Of a stretch of 64,000 nt of DNA, positions 1 to 9,968 are shown piece by piece. The notes below the pieces were generated by a model. That model had not been told where the DNA came from and made no database searches. It saw only the letters and a list, made by a program, of their open reading frames with translations. Origin of the DNA: Planctomycetota bacterium (lineage in GTDB: Bacteria > Planctomycetota > B15-G4 > SIAN01); NCBI GenBank assembly GCA_031409275.1, contig JANNXA010000051.1, forward strand, positions 64,001-128,000, given 5' to 3'. Each line of letters begins with the position of its first letter. The stretch's first letter is position 1. A program made the translations under genes and the position numbers.

Positions 1-162
1 CGCCACCGACGTCTTGCGTCGTCCCGTGCCCCAGTAGTAGCCGCCGAGCTTCTTGCCGCGCAGACGCGACGCGGGCTTGGGAGCCAGGTCGATCGTGGCC
101 TGCGCCGCGACGGGCGAGCCAACCAGAGGAGCCGATTCGGGAAGGTTGCGCATCGTGTTCAT
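1..162 (-). CDS. rpsI: 30S ribosomal protein S9 (5' part; runs off window start)
   Basis: Manual translation of the minus strand from ATG 162 gives MNTMRNLPESAP...KKLGGYYWGTGRRKTSVA, containing the S9 motif GTGRRKTSVA. Lies directly downstream of rplM. Not in the ORF track. Confidence 0.93.
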   Translation of the reverse strand, partial: MNTMRNLPESAPLVGSPVAAQATIDLAPKPASRLRGKKLGGYYWGTGRRKTSVA

Positions 163-232
163 GAAGTTCTGCGATCTGGGGTTGGGGTGAGGAGGGCGCG
201 ACGCGCAGCGGACGCGTCGCCAAATCGGCGCT

Positions 233-667
233 TCAGCTTCGAGCCGCGAGCGGCTTCGGGGCCTGCGCAACGTGCGGATGGTCGGCTTCCGCGTAGACCT
301 TCATCTTCTTCAGCATCGCGCGTCCGAGCCGCGACTTCGGCAGCATGCGGCGCACGGCCAACGTGATGAGTTCGACCGGCTTCTCGGCCAGCACCTTTCC
401 AGCCGCGCGCTCCTTCAATCCACCGATCCACCCGGTGTGGTAGCGCACCATTCGCTTGTCGAGCTTGGCGCCGGTGAGCTTCACCTTGGAAGCGTTCACC
501 ACGACGACGAACTCGCCCGTGTCGATGTGGGGCGAATAGATGGCGCGGTGCTTGCCCATCAAGATGGTGGCGATCTGGGTTGCCATCCGGCCGAGCACAA
601 GGCCGCTGGCATCGACGAGGTGCCAGCCGCGCGGCACGTCGGTCTGCTTCGGGTAGGTCGTGTTCAT
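233..667 (-). CDS. rplM: 50S ribosomal protein L13
   Basis: WHLVDASGLVLGRMATQIATILMGKH...PHIDTGEFVVVVNA...RMLPKSRLGR. Start placed at MNTTYPK (667). Confidence 0.97.
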   Translation of the reverse strand: MNTTYPKQTDVPRGWHLVDASGLVLGRMATQIATILMGKHRAIYSPHIDTGEFVVVVNASKVKLTGAKLDKRMVRYHTGWIGGLKERAAGKVLAEKPVELITLAVRRMLPKSRLGRAMLKKMKVYAEADHPHVAQAPKPLAARS

Positions 668-700
668 GGACTCATCGATCCGCAAAAAATGGGAGGCGGG

Positions 701-728
701 AGTCTATAGGCGCCCTTTCGCCGGTCAA
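701..728 (-). promoter_or_regulatory. sigma70-type promoter of rplM-rpsI (TTGACC-N16-TAGACT)
   Basis: Minus strand: TTGACC at 728-723 and TAGACT at 706-701, about 35 nt upstream of the start. Confidence 0.65.
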
Positions 729-783
729 GGCGCCGCCTGCAGCCCCCGGAGAACGTCACGTCCAGCACGCGTCCGGCCGCGGG

Positions 784-1737
784 TCAGTGTGCCGCGGCGG
801 CGCTCGCCACCGTCGGCTCGACCGCAAAGACGACGAACGGGTCGGCGAACTGGAGGCGAATCCGCTCGATCCCGGCGAGGTCGGGATAGCGAGCGGCCAC
901 CCGGAACAGCCCTCGGACCTTCGCGGCGGCGAGCGGCTCCAATGCGCCGAGCTTCGGATGAAGGCGCGAACGCCCCCATTCGATGGCCAGCCCCGAACGG
1001 GTGTAGATCTCGACATCGGTGAGCGAAAGCCCGGCGGAACGCTCTTTCGCCGTGACGTCGATCACGTCGAGGGCAAGTCCACGGCGCACGAGGTCGTCGC
1101 GGAAAGGAGCGATCTCGGCGGCGACTCGCAGCCCTTCTTCGATCGCCGGATCGCGCACGGCACTTCCGATCGGCGCCGTGCGCAGCGGATGAGCGGCATG
1201 GATCAGCGGCAGTTCGTGGCTCGCGAGATACTCCGTCGCGCCGGCGGCACTCGCGACCAGGATCGCGTCGGCGTCGACCAGGAACAGCCCGTCTTCCGAC
1301 TCGATCAGCGCCACGGGGGTTCGCAGCGAAACTTCAATCTCGAGCTGATTCGGATAGCGCTTCTCGACCCGATCAACGCTCTTGACCCAACCATTCGCTG
1401 ACTGGATCGCACGGGTCAGCGCCGCTACATCGGCATCCTCGCGCAACGGCGTCGGCTGCAGCTCCGCGAGCGACGCGCGCAACGATTCCTCGATCGTGCC
1501 AGACAGCCAGCCCGGCCCGGTGCTGACCTCGGCATAGCAGGGATCCACCAGGAACGCGCGATCGCGCCCTTCGAGCAGGCCCGGCCAACGGGGCAGCCAG
1601 ACGATGCCGGCACCGACCAGCGCGACGAGCAGCGGCAGGCGCAACCGGCGGGCGATGGCATCGGTCGACGGCACTGCTCGCGGCGGTGACGACGACACTG
1701 CCGGCCGCGTCGCGACGCGTTCTTTCGTGGAACTCAA
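784..1737 (-). CDS. FtsQ/DivIB-like membrane-anchored protein
   Basis: Basic N-tail, one TM helix, then WVKSVDRVEKRYPNQLEIEVSLRTPVALIESEDGLFLVDADA, which resembles the FtsQ POTRA/C-domain junction. Start uncertain. Confidence 0.6.
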   Translation of the reverse strand: MSSTKERVATRPAVSSSPPRAVPSTDAIARRLRLPLLVALVGAGIVWLPRWPGLLEGRDRAFLVDPCYAEVSTGPGWLSGTIEESLRASLAELQPTPLREDADVAALTRAIQSANGWVKSVDRVEKRYPNQLEIEVSLRTPVALIESEDGLFLVDADAILVASAAGATEYLASHELPLIHAAHPLRTAPIGSAVRDPAIEEGLRVAAEIAPFRDDLVRRGLALDVIDVTAKERSAGLSLTDVEIYTRSGLAIEWGRSRLHPKLGALEPLAAAKVRGLFRVAARYPDLAGIERIRLQFADPFVVFAVEPTVASAAAAH

Positions 1738-1809
1738 AGAATCCCTCCCGCGGACGCAACCCCACGTCGTCAGCTCGCCCAGCCGGCGACGGGGGTGGAA
1801 GTGCGGCGA

Positions 1810-2067
1810 TTATGGCCGACTGACGGCCGCTCGCGCACCTTCGCCGGCAAGGACACGGTTGTCGCTCTTCGGCGCACGCACCTCGATGTCCTCGACGACG
1901 CACTCGAGCGTCGTGATCACGGACTCGAACAACTCCTTGTTGACCGTGACGACATCGCCCGACTTGGCGCCTTCGAGCTCACGGTAAAGCAGTCCGATCA
2001 TCACCTTGAGAGGAGCGGTCCGCCGCACCACCTCGGAACCGGTCCTCTGTCCGCCAACCTTCTCCAT
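1810..2067 (-). CDS. small hypothetical protein (85 aa)
   Basis: MEKVGGQRTG...RAAVSRP with GGAGG RBS upstream; ordinary protein composition. Confidence 0.65.
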   Translation of the reverse strand: MEKVGGQRTGSEVVRRTAPLKVMIGLLYRELEGAKSGDVVTVNKELFESVITTLECVVEDIEVRAPKSDNRVLAGEGARAAVSRP

Positions 2068-2347
2068 GGACTCAACACCTCCAGCTGGAATCTGCCGTAA
2101 ATCGCGGTTACATGGCGCCCGCACGAGGCGGGCAGACCGTTCGGGACGAGACCGGCGCGTCAGCGCGCCTGCCTTTTCCCACGATCCTTCCCGGTCCCGC
2201 CCCGCTCGCCGGAGCGGGGTCGCCAACGGGGCGCGATGATAAGGCGGTCGCTGCCGCGCCGTCACGATCCTCTACGACCGACGCCGACCGACCGCCCCTC
2301 AACCTTTGAACTTCTAATCCGACAGTTCTCAACAGGCCATCAACGAC

Positions 2348-4360
2348 TTGCCCGAAATTCCAGCGATTCCGCCCTCCAACCCGACCGCGACCGCCCCCGC
2401 GGTCACCCACTGGCGCGGCTACACGCTGAGCCCGTTCCAGCGCGACGCCGTCGCCGCAATCGGCGCTGACCAGGACGTCTTGATCTCCGCACCGACCGGC
2501 TCCGGCAAGACGCTGGTCGCCGAGTACGCCATCGAGATGGCGATCGCCAACGGCAAGCGCGCCATCTACACCGCGCCGATCAAGGCGCTGTCGAACCAGA
2601 AGTTCCGCGACTTCCGGGCGTTGCAGAAGTTCGACGTCGGGATCATGACCGGGGACGTCACGCTGCGGCCGAGCGCGCCGCTGCTGATCATGACCACCGA
2701 GATCTTCCGCAACTCGCTGTTCGAGCGCGGCGAGGAGCTCGCCGACCTCGGCTCGATCGTGTTCGACGAGATCCACTACATGGACGACGTCGAGCGCGGC
2801 ACGGTCTGGGAAGAGAGCCTGATCTACCTGCCGCCGACCGTCCGCCTCGTCGCCCTCTCCGCGACGGTGAGCAACCTCGGCCAGTTCTGCGACTGGCTCG
2901 GGCAGGTTCGTGGCCGACCGATCGTGCGCGTCGAATCGAAAGAGCGGCCGGTCCCGCTGATCCACTACCTTCACTTCCCAGGCATCGGCCCGAAGCGAGC
3001 CGACAAAGTGAAGGAGTTCCCGATGGCGCCGCGCGACGTGCGCCAGCGCGGCGGCGGCGGGCGCGTCTCCGCGGTGGATCTCCTCGATCGCCTCGAGCGC
3101 GACGATCAGCTGCCCGCGCTCTTCTTCTGCTTCAGTCGCCGCGAGGTGGAGCAACGCGCCCGCGAGAACGCGCGCCGTCGTCTGCTCGACGACGAGCAGC
3201 GCGCGCGCATCGAGACGCTCTTCGATGATCTGTGCCGCCGCTTCGAGATTCGCCAGGACAGCGCTCTCGACGAACTGCGCCACTTCGCCTTGGCCGGCGT
3301 CTCGTTCCACCACGCCGGTCTCTTGCCGCTGCACAAGGAGCTCGTCGAGCGCCTCTTCACGTCCGGCCTGCTGCGACTGCTCTTCACCACCGAGACCTTC
3401 GCGCTCGGCATCAACATGCCAGCGCGCAGCGTCATCTTCTCTTCGCTGCGGAAGTTCGACGGCGTCGGCTTCGACCGTCTGCGAACGCGCGACTACCAGC
3501 AGATGGCGGGTCGCGCCGGCCGTCTCGGACTCGACGAGCAGGGGCTCGTCTTCTCGATCGTCGATCCGCGCGACCGCCTCGCTGACCTGAGGCGCACGAT
3601 CTTCGGCGACGTCGAGCCGATCCGCAGCCGCTTCAACCTCTCCTACTCGACGATCTTGAACCTCCACCACCACCTCGGCGACCGGCTGTGGGAGGCGTGG
3701 GAGCGCTCCTTCAACAACTTCCAATGGTCGAACATGCCGCGCAAGAAGCGCGAGCAGAACGAGCAGAAGCAGCGCGATTCGATCGCCAAACGGCTGCAGT
3801 TGCTGCAGGAGTTCGGCTACGTCGACGCGACCAGCGTGCTGCCGAAGGGCCACTTCGCGCGCCGGATCAACGGCTACGAGCTGCCCGCCGTCGAGCTCGT
3901 CGACTCCGGCCTGCTGCGCGCGCTCGACGATCGCCAACTCGCCATCGTGTTGGCCTCGATCGTCTTCGAGGAGCGCAAGAGCGACCTCTTCACTCGCCTC
4001 GACAAGCGCGTGCTGGGGCCGCTGCGCGAGGATGCGCAGCGCGTGGTCGACCGCATCGCTCTCCGCGAAGCGGCGCTCGGCATCCATCCGCGCACTCGCT
4101 CGCTCGACTTCCAGATCGGCGCGGTGATGTCCGCGTGGTGGGATGGCGCGACGTTCGAGGACATCGGCCAGCTCACGAACGCGTCGCAAGGCGACCTCGT
4201 CCGCACGATGCGCCTGGTGATGCAGCTGCTGAAGCAGATGCGCAAGGTCTACGCGCACGACTCGGCGCTGGGCGAACAGCTCGAGCGCGTGCACGCCGCG
4301 ATCAACCGCGAGGAGATCGATGCCAAGCGGCAGCTCGAGCTCGGCGACCCCGCGACCTGA
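2348..4360 (+). CDS. Ski2/HelY-like DExH-box RNA helicase
   Basis: APTGSGKT, YTAPIKALSNQK, FDEIHY, LSAT, TETFALGINMPA, QMAGRAGR motifs; DSHCT-like C-terminus. Confidence 0.92.
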   Translation: MPEIPAIPPSNPTATAPAVTHWRGYTLSPFQRDAVAAIGADQDVLISAPTGSGKTLVAEYAIEMAIANGKRAIYTAPIKALSNQKFRDFRALQKFDVGIMTGDVTLRPSAPLLIMTTEIFRNSLFERGEELADLGSIVFDEIHYMDDVERGTVWEESLIYLPPTVRLVALSATVSNLGQFCDWLGQVRGRPIVRVESKERPVPLIHYLHFPGIGPKRADKVKEFPMAPRDVRQRGGGGRVSAVDLLDRLERDDQLPALFFCFSRREVEQRARENARRRLLDDEQRARIETLFDDLCRRFEIRQDSALDELRHFALAGVSFHHAGLLPLHKELVERLFTSGLLRLLFTTETFALGINMPARSVIFSSLRKFDGVGFDRLRTRDYQQMAGRAGRLGLDEQGLVFSIVDPRDRLADLRRTIFGDVEPIRSRFNLSYSTILNLHHHLGDRLWEAWERSFNNFQWSNMPRKKREQNEQKQRDSIAKRLQLLQEFGYVDATSVLPKGHFARRINGYELPAVELVDSGLLRALDDRQLAIVLASIVFEERKSDLFTRLDKRVLGPLREDAQRVVDRIALREAALGIHPRTRSLDFQIGAVMSAWWDGATFEDIGQLTNASQGDLVRTMRLVMQLLKQMRKVYAHDSALGEQLERVHAAINREEIDAKRQLELGDPAT

Positions 4361-4364
4361 GCGC

Positions 4365-4964
4365 TCAGCTCGCGCGGCTCTTCGCGTTCAGCTGCTCGAG
4401 CCACTTGATCAGCACGTCGCACTCGAGGTTGACGCGGTCGCCCGCTCGGCGGTGCGCGAGATTCGTCACCGCGCGGGTGTGCGGCACGATGGTGCAGGAG
4501 AAGTGGTCCGCCGCGAGTTCGGCCAGCGTCAGCGAGATGCCGTCGACCGCAACGCATCCCTTGCGGACCATCGAGTCGAGCAGTTCACGCGGCGCCGCGA
4601 CCTCGAGCCACCAGTCGCCGTGGCGCTCATCGAAGCCCGTGACGGTACCGACGCCGTCGACGTGGCCCTGGACGAGGTGGCCGTCGATGCGGTCGTCGAG
4701 CCGCATCGCGCGTTCGAAATTGACCCGATCGCCGACTGCGAGCGCTCCCAGATGGGTGCGCCGCAGCGTTTCGCCGGCGAGGTCGAAGGCGATCTCCTCC
4801 CCCGCGCAGGCGACCACCGTGAGGCAGGCGCCGTCGATCGCGACGCTCTGCCCGAGCACGAGTTGGCCTGCCAGCGCTGGCAGGGCGACGACGAGTCGCT
4901 CGCCGAGTCCCGAGGGAGTGCGGCTTGAGACCCGGCCGGTCCCCTCGATGATCCCTCGGAACAT
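4365..4964 (-). CDS. ribE: riboflavin synthase (alpha chain)
   Basis: MFRGIIE N-terminus, SVAIDGACLTV, VNFERA, GHLVQGHVDG, VAVDGISLT, VNLECD. Confidence 0.95.
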   Translation of the reverse strand: MFRGIIEGTGRVSSRTPSGLGERLVVALPALAGQLVLGQSVAIDGACLTVVACAGEEIAFDLAGETLRRTHLGALAVGDRVNFERAMRLDDRIDGHLVQGHVDGVGTVTGFDERHGDWWLEVAAPRELLDSMVRKGCVAVDGISLTLAELAADHFSCTIVPHTRAVTNLAHRRAGDRVNLECDVLIKWLEQLNAKSRAS

Positions 4965-4993
4965 GCTCGACTCCCTTCCCCTGGGACGGCGCC

Positions 4994-5021
4994 TTGACCG
5001 CCCGACGCGCCATCCTAGACT
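4994..5021 (+). promoter_or_regulatory. sigma70-type promoter of trmD-rplS (TTGACC-N16-TAGACT)
   Basis: TTGACC at 4994-4999 and TAGACT at 5016-5021; same hexamers and spacing as the rplM promoter. Confidence 0.65.
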
Positions 5022-5114
5022 CCTGCCCCTTTCCAACCGGAGGCGACAGGTGGCGCAGTACGGCCAACTGAGCGTTCGGAGCGTGGGCGGGCGTCTCGTC
5101 CCGATCGGTTCGTG

Positions 5115-5837
5115 ATGCTCGTCCAAGTGATCACCATCTTCCCGCGCCTCATCGAAGGCTTCGTCGCGGCAGGCTTGCCGCGCATCGCCATCGAGAAGGG
5201 CGCGCTCACCGTGCAAGCGGTCGATCTGCGTGACTACACGCAGGACGTTCATCGCACGGTGGACGACCGCCCGTTCGGCGGCGGACCCGGGATGGTGCTG
5301 ACGTGTGCTCCGATCTTCGCCGCCGTCGAAGCACTGGAACAGCAGCACGGGCCTGCCCACCGCGTGATGCTGACACCGCGTGGGCGGCGACTCGATCAGC
5401 GCAAGCTGCGCGAGCTCGCGCCGCATCCGCGGCTGTTGCTGCTGTGCGGGCACTACGAAGGGATCGACGAGCGCGTGCGTACCGGAATGACGTGGGAAGA
5501 GGTCTCCCTCGGAGACTTCGTGCTGTCTGGAGGCGAGCCGGCTGCGCTGGCCCTCCTCGACGGCGTCGCGCGCCTCCTTCCGGGCGTCACCGGTGATCCC
5601 GAGTCGACCGTGGAAGAATCATTCGAAGACGGCCTCCTCGAGGCGCCGCATTACACGCGGCCTCGGGAGTTTCGCGGGAATGCGGTGCCGGAGGTGCTCC
5701 TCTCCGGCGACCACGCGGCGATCGCACGCTGGCGTCGCGAGCAATCCCTGGAGATCACGAAGGAGCGGCGCGCCGACCTGTTTCAGGCGCGTCAAACGCA
5801 GTCGGTTCCGACGGAAGGGAAGCCATGGATCGTGTGA
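5115..5837 (+). CDS. trmD: tRNA (guanine37-N1)-methyltransferase
   Basis: [50 protein letters not shown]. Confidence 0.97.
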   Translation: MLVQVITIFPRLIEGFVAAGLPRIAIEKGALTVQAVDLRDYTQDVHRTVDDRPFGGGPGMVLTCAPIFAAVEALEQQHGPAHRVMLTPRGRRLDQRKLRELAPHPRLLLLCGHYEGIDERVRTGMTWEEVSLGDFVLSGGEPAALALLDGVARLLPGVTGDPESTVEESFEDGLLEAPHYTRPREFRGNAVPEVLLSGDHAAIARWRREQSLEITKERRADLFQARQTQSVPTEGKPWIV

Positions 5838-6238
5838 GCCAAGCAGTCGCCTCCTACAAGAAGGCGACCGCGCCCGAGTTCGATGTCGGCGACACCGTCG
5901 ACGTCCACGTGCGTATCCAGGAAGGTGACAAGGAGCGCATCCAGCTCTTCACCGGCATCGTGCTCTGCAAGAAGCGCACGGGCATCGCGGCCACCTTCAC
6001 GGTGCGCCGCATCGTGCAGGGCGAAGGCGTCGAGCGCATCTTCCCGATCCACTCGCCGTTCGTGGCCGACGTGAAGGTGAAGCGTCGCCATCACGTCCAG
6101 CGTTCGAAGCTCTACTACCTGCGCACTCGCTCCGGCAAGTCGGCGCGCATGCGCGAGCGCATCGAACTGAAGGACGAGATCGTCCCTGGCGAGACGACCG
6201 CGGCCACGCCTCCGGCGCAAGTCGGCGCGAAGTCCTGA
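5825..6238 (+). CDS. rplS: 50S ribosomal protein L19
   Basis: [46 protein letters not shown]. Confidence 0.97.
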   Translation: MDRVSQAVASYKKATAPEFDVGDTVDVHVRIQEGDKERIQLFTGIVLCKKRTGIAATFTVRRIVQGEGVERIFPIHSPFVADVKVKRRHHVQRSKLYYLRTRSGKSARMRERIELKDEIVPGETTAATPPAQVGAKS

Positions 6239-6318
6239 TCCACTGAGCCTCGATCCGACCGGGGCGGGGGGCTGCCAAGCCTTCCGCCCTGTTTCCGTCT
6301 CCTGGGAACGCTCCGTCC

Positions 6319-9117
6319 ATGGGTGAGAACCTCCGGCTGCGCACGTTCGTCGTCCTCGCGCTGACAGCTCTCAGCGTGTGGCTGATCGGCAAGCCTCTGC
6401 TGATCGACCACGTCTCGCCCCTCGTCATGGGGCTCGACATTCGTGGCGGCGTGAGCCTGCGCTACGAGTTCGACGAGAAGACGCTCCCGAAGGGGGCGAC
6501 GCTCCCCGACACGATCAAGACCGCGATCCAGATCTACGGCAATCGCCTCGACGCGCTGGCCGTGAAGGAACTGTCGATTCGCTCGGTTGGCAGCAACCAG
6601 GTCGAGGTCTCGGTCCCGGGGATCACGCTCGAACAGGCGGACTCGATCCAGAAGACGCTCGAGAGCCTCGGTCGCCTCGAACTGCGCCTCGCCGCGCACG
6701 CCGAAGCGGGCGTCAATCCGGAGAGCGAGCAGGAGCGGCTGGTCGCGGAACTGAAGAAGCGAACGACCGCCGGTGAGGAGATCAGCGACCGCACCGACTT
6801 CGGCGCGCTCACCGAGAACCTGAAGCTCGAAGGCAGCGACGTCACCTTCCGCTGGATGCCCAAGAGCAAGAAGATGCTGATCGACGAGGCGCGCAAACGC
6901 AGCGACGCTTCGGAGGACGCTCGCTGGGACACCTCGTCGTCGTGGGTCCTGGTCCGCTTCGATCCGCGCGAGGGCCAGTTCTTCGCCGGCGAACACTTCG
7001 CCGAGAACGGCGTCTTCCCCGAGCTCGACACCGAGAGCGGCAAGACCGCCGTCGGCTTCGTGATCCGTGCCGGTCGACCGGCGCAGCAGTTCGCCGACTG
7101 GACCGAACGCAACAAGGGCCAGTCGATCGTCACGCTGCTCGACAACGCCGTGCAATCGCTCGCGCAGATCAATGACCGCATCGAAGGCCGCGGCATCATC
7201 CGCGGCGGCGCGGACGGCTTCACGCCCGACGAGATCAACCGCCTGGTCTCCGTCATCAAGTCGGGTTCGCTGCAGACCAAGCCGACGCTGGCGCAGAAGT
7301 TCATCCAGGGCCCGTCGCTGGGCGAGGCGTCGATCCAACGCGGCGTCTGGGCGACGGTCCTCTCCTTCGCGCTCGTCGCCGCGTTCATGCTGATCTACTA
7401 CCGCCTGAACGGCGTGATCGCCGTGGCGTCGTTGATCGCCAACCTGCTGCTGCTCGTCGCGGCGATGGCGTGGCTGAATGCGACGTTGACGCTGCCAGGC
7501 ATCGCCGGCCTCATCCTCACCATCGGCATGGCCGTCGACGCCAACATCCTCATCTCCGAGCGCATCCGCGAGGAGCTCGACAAGGGCAAGACGATCCCGC
7601 AGGCGGTCAAGAACGGTTTCGATCGCGCCTACACGACGATCTTCGACGCGAACCTCACCACGTTCATCACCGGCTTCTTCCTCTACCAATTCGGCACCGG
7701 CACGATCCGCGGCTTCGCCGTCTCGCTGATGATCGGTCTCGCGACCTCGATGATCACCGGCGTCTACTTCTCGCGCACGTTCTTCGAGTGGGCCCTCGTG
7801 AAGGGCATCAAGACGATGACGATGATGCGCGCGATGGCGAACCCGGACTTCAAGTTCCTGAAGCACGCCAAGAAGGCCTACACCATCTCCGCGCTCGTGA
7901 TCGTCGGCGGCTGCACGCTCTTCTTCTTCGAAGACCAGAAGAAGTACGGCATGGACTTCACCGGCGGCTTCGAGGTGCAGATCGCGCTGCGCGAGCCGAT
8001 GTCGCAGCAGGAGGCGCTCGGCGTCGTGCGCCAGCGCTTCGACAACCCGGACGTCGTCTCGGTCGGATCGGACTCCGACGGCAAGGCGGTCCGCTTCCAG
8101 ATCAAGATCAAGCAGACCGACCTCGACGCCGCGCAGGTCAGCGGCGCCGCGGCACCGGCCGCCACCGGCACGGCGGCGGAACGATTCGCCGCCGAGATCG
8201 GCCAGCTCTTCGGCGCCCGACTCGTCGAGACCGGCATCCAGGAGCTCACGCTCGGCGCCCCCGATGACCTCGGCCGTGTCTCCGTCGATTGCAAGCTGAA
8301 GTTCGAGGCGCCCGTCCAGCGCAGCGCCGTCGAAGCCGCGCTCAAGAAGAACGTCAACGTCGACTCGCTCGAAGGAGCCGACGTCGCCGACACCTTCACG
8401 CTCAAGGGGCGCTTCGCTCGCAATCCGGGCGATGTCGACCTCGCGCGCGGCATGTTGTCGGTCCGCATCCCCGGCGTCGCGGGACGCGAGGTGATGCTGA
8501 ACGACCCGATGCCGGCGAAGTCCTACATCGGGCCGCGCGCCGGCAAGGAACTGCGCGATTCGGCGATCCGCGCGATGGTGATGTCGCTGATCATGATCGT
8601 CGTCTACGCGCGCCTTCGGTTCCGGCAGTATCGCTACGGTCTCGCCGCCGTCGCCGCGTTGATCCACGACGTGCTCGTGACGCTCGGCGGCATCGCGATC
8701 GCGCGCGCCTTGGGCCTCGAGATCGAGGTCGACCTGACCGTCGTGGCCGCGTTCCTGACGATCATCGGCTACTCGATCAACGACACGATCGTGATCTTCG
8801 ACCGCATCCGCGAGAACCTGCCACGCTCGAGCCTGCCGTTGAACGACCTGATCGATCGATCGGTGAACCAGACGTTGTCGCGATCGATCCTCACCTCGTT
8901 GACCGTCTTCCTCTCGGTGCTGATCCTGTTCCTCTTCAACGCCGGACAACGCAACGCGCTGGAGGGTTTCTCTTTCGCGATGATGATCGGCGTCGTGACC
9001 GGCTCCTACTCGACGATCTACGTCGCGTCGCCGCTGGTCGCGCACATCGAGCAGTGGTCCGCGCGTCGCAAGAAGGCTGCACAGCCGGGGTCGAACGGAC
9101 CGGCCGCCGCGAGCTGA
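6319..9117 (+). CDS. secDF: fused protein translocase subunit SecDF
   Basis: GLDIRGG, GPSLG, LTLPGIAGLILTIGMAVDANILISERIREE (SecD) and GMDFTGG, IGYSINDTIVIFDRIREN (SecF) in one ORF. Confidence 0.96.
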   Translation: MGENLRLRTFVVLALTALSVWLIGKPLLIDHVSPLVMGLDIRGGVSLRYEFDEKTLPKGATLPDTIKTAIQIYGNRLDALAVKELSIRSVGSNQVEVSVPGITLEQADSIQKTLESLGRLELRLAAHAEAGVNPESEQERLVAELKKRTTAGEEISDRTDFGALTENLKLEGSDVTFRWMPKSKKMLIDEARKRSDASEDARWDTSSSWVLVRFDPREGQFFAGEHFAENGVFPELDTESGKTAVGFVIRAGRPAQQFADWTERNKGQSIVTLLDNAVQSLAQINDRIEGRGIIRGGADGFTPDEINRLVSVIKSGSLQTKPTLAQKFIQGPSLGEASIQRGVWATVLSFALVAAFMLIYYRLNGVIAVASLIANLLLLVAAMAWLNATLTLPGIAGLILTIGMAVDANILISERIREELDKGKTIPQAVKNGFDRAYTTIFDANLTTFITGFFLYQFGTGTIRGFAVSLMIGLATSMITGVYFSRTFFEWALVKGIKTMTMMRAMANPDFKFLKHAKKAYTISALVIVGGCTLFFFEDQKKYGMDFTGGFEVQIALREPMSQQEALGVVRQRFDNPDVVSVGSDSDGKAVRFQIKIKQTDLDAAQVSGAAAPAATGTAAERFAAEIGQLFGARLVETGIQELTLGAPDDLGRVSVDCKLKFEAPVQRSAVEAALKKNVNVDSLEGADVADTFTLKGRFARNPGDVDLARGMLSVRIPGVAGREVMLNDPMPAKSYIGPRAGKELRDSAIRAMVMSLIMIVVYARLRFRQYRYGLAAVAALIHDVLVTLGGIAIARALGLEIEVDLTVVAAFLTIIGYSINDTIVIFDRIRENLPRSSLPLNDLIDRSVNQTLSRSILTSLTVFLSVLILFLFNAGQRNALEGFSFAMMIGVVTGSYSTIYVASPLVAHIEQWSARRKKAAQPGSNGPAAAS

Positions 9118-9275
9118 GGACCTTCACCCCGGGAACCGCCGTGCGTTGCGACCGTCCCCGCAACGAGCGGCCTCCCGGGGCCAACCGACGTCGATCCTCG
9201 ATCGACGGGCGGCGACGCTAGAAACGAAACCGGCGATCTACCGCGGGGCAGCCCCGCCGCGGTTGGGAGGGACGG

Positions 9276-9935
9276 ATGCGCAAGCTCGTGCTGTTTGGCT
9301 TGCTCGGAACGATCTTTGGCTCGGCGCTTCTGCTCGAGCACGTCTTCGCGCGCAAGCCTGAAGACTCGAAGCTGCCCGATCACAAGGCGGTGCTGCTCAT
9401 CGGCGGCGGCGTGCCGCGCTCGATCCCCGCCACCGCGCCCGAGTTGGTGCCGGACGAGGAGTTGCAGGCCTCTGGCCAGCGCTCGAAGTCACCGCCGACG
9501 GAACCACGCCCGCGCCAGGCGCCCGCCGATCCCACTCCGCCCGACCCCAATCGCGTCCACATCGTCGCCGCAAAGGAGACGCTCTGGACGATCGCGGCGG
9601 CAGAGCTTGGCAGCGGCGCGCGCTGGCCGGAGATCGCCGAATGGAACGGCATCGCCGGCGACGCACCACTGCGGGTCGGCGCCAAGCTGCGCCTCTCGCC
9701 GGCGCGCCGCGCCAACGAGACGAAGCCCGCCGCCAGTGACGTCGCGAAGGCGAAGACGAAGCCTGCGGCCGACGCAACGCGCACGCACAAGGTGGCCAAG
9801 GGCGAGTCGCTGTCGAAGATCGCGGCGCTCTACCTCGGCGACGCCGGCCGCTGGCGCGAGATCCAGCGACTGAACCAGATCGCCGACCCCGCCGCGGTCG
9901 GCGAAGGGCAGGTCCTCAAGATTCCGGAGCGCTGA
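9276..9935 (+). CDS. membrane-anchored protein with two LysM domains
   Basis: N-terminal hydrophobic segment; HIVAAKETLWTIAAAELGSGARWPEIAEWN and HKVAKGESLSKIAALYLGDAGRWREIQRLN LysM repeats. Confidence 0.88.
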   Translation: MRKLVLFGLLGTIFGSALLLEHVFARKPEDSKLPDHKAVLLIGGGVPRSIPATAPELVPDEELQASGQRSKSPPTEPRPRQAPADPTPPDPNRVHIVAAKETLWTIAAAELGSGARWPEIAEWNGIAGDAPLRVGAKLRLSPARRANETKPAASDVAKAKTKPAADATRTHKVAKGESLSKIAALYLGDAGRWREIQRLNQIADPAAVGEGQVLKIPER

Positions 9936-9968
9936 GCTCGATTCGAACGCGACGCCGGTTGGTGCCGA

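Noticed and set aside
1..162. N-terminal extension of S9
   Set aside because: Variable S9 N-terminal extensions are common.
2108..9045. Long antisense ORFs (728 aa, 976 aa) and similar ones at 27661, 38761, 42297, 46010, 53861 and 56705
   Set aside because: Stop-poor reverse frames of strongly GC3-biased genes; no motifs.
6319..9117. SecD-SecF fusion as a novelty
   Set aside because: Fused SecDF is widespread.
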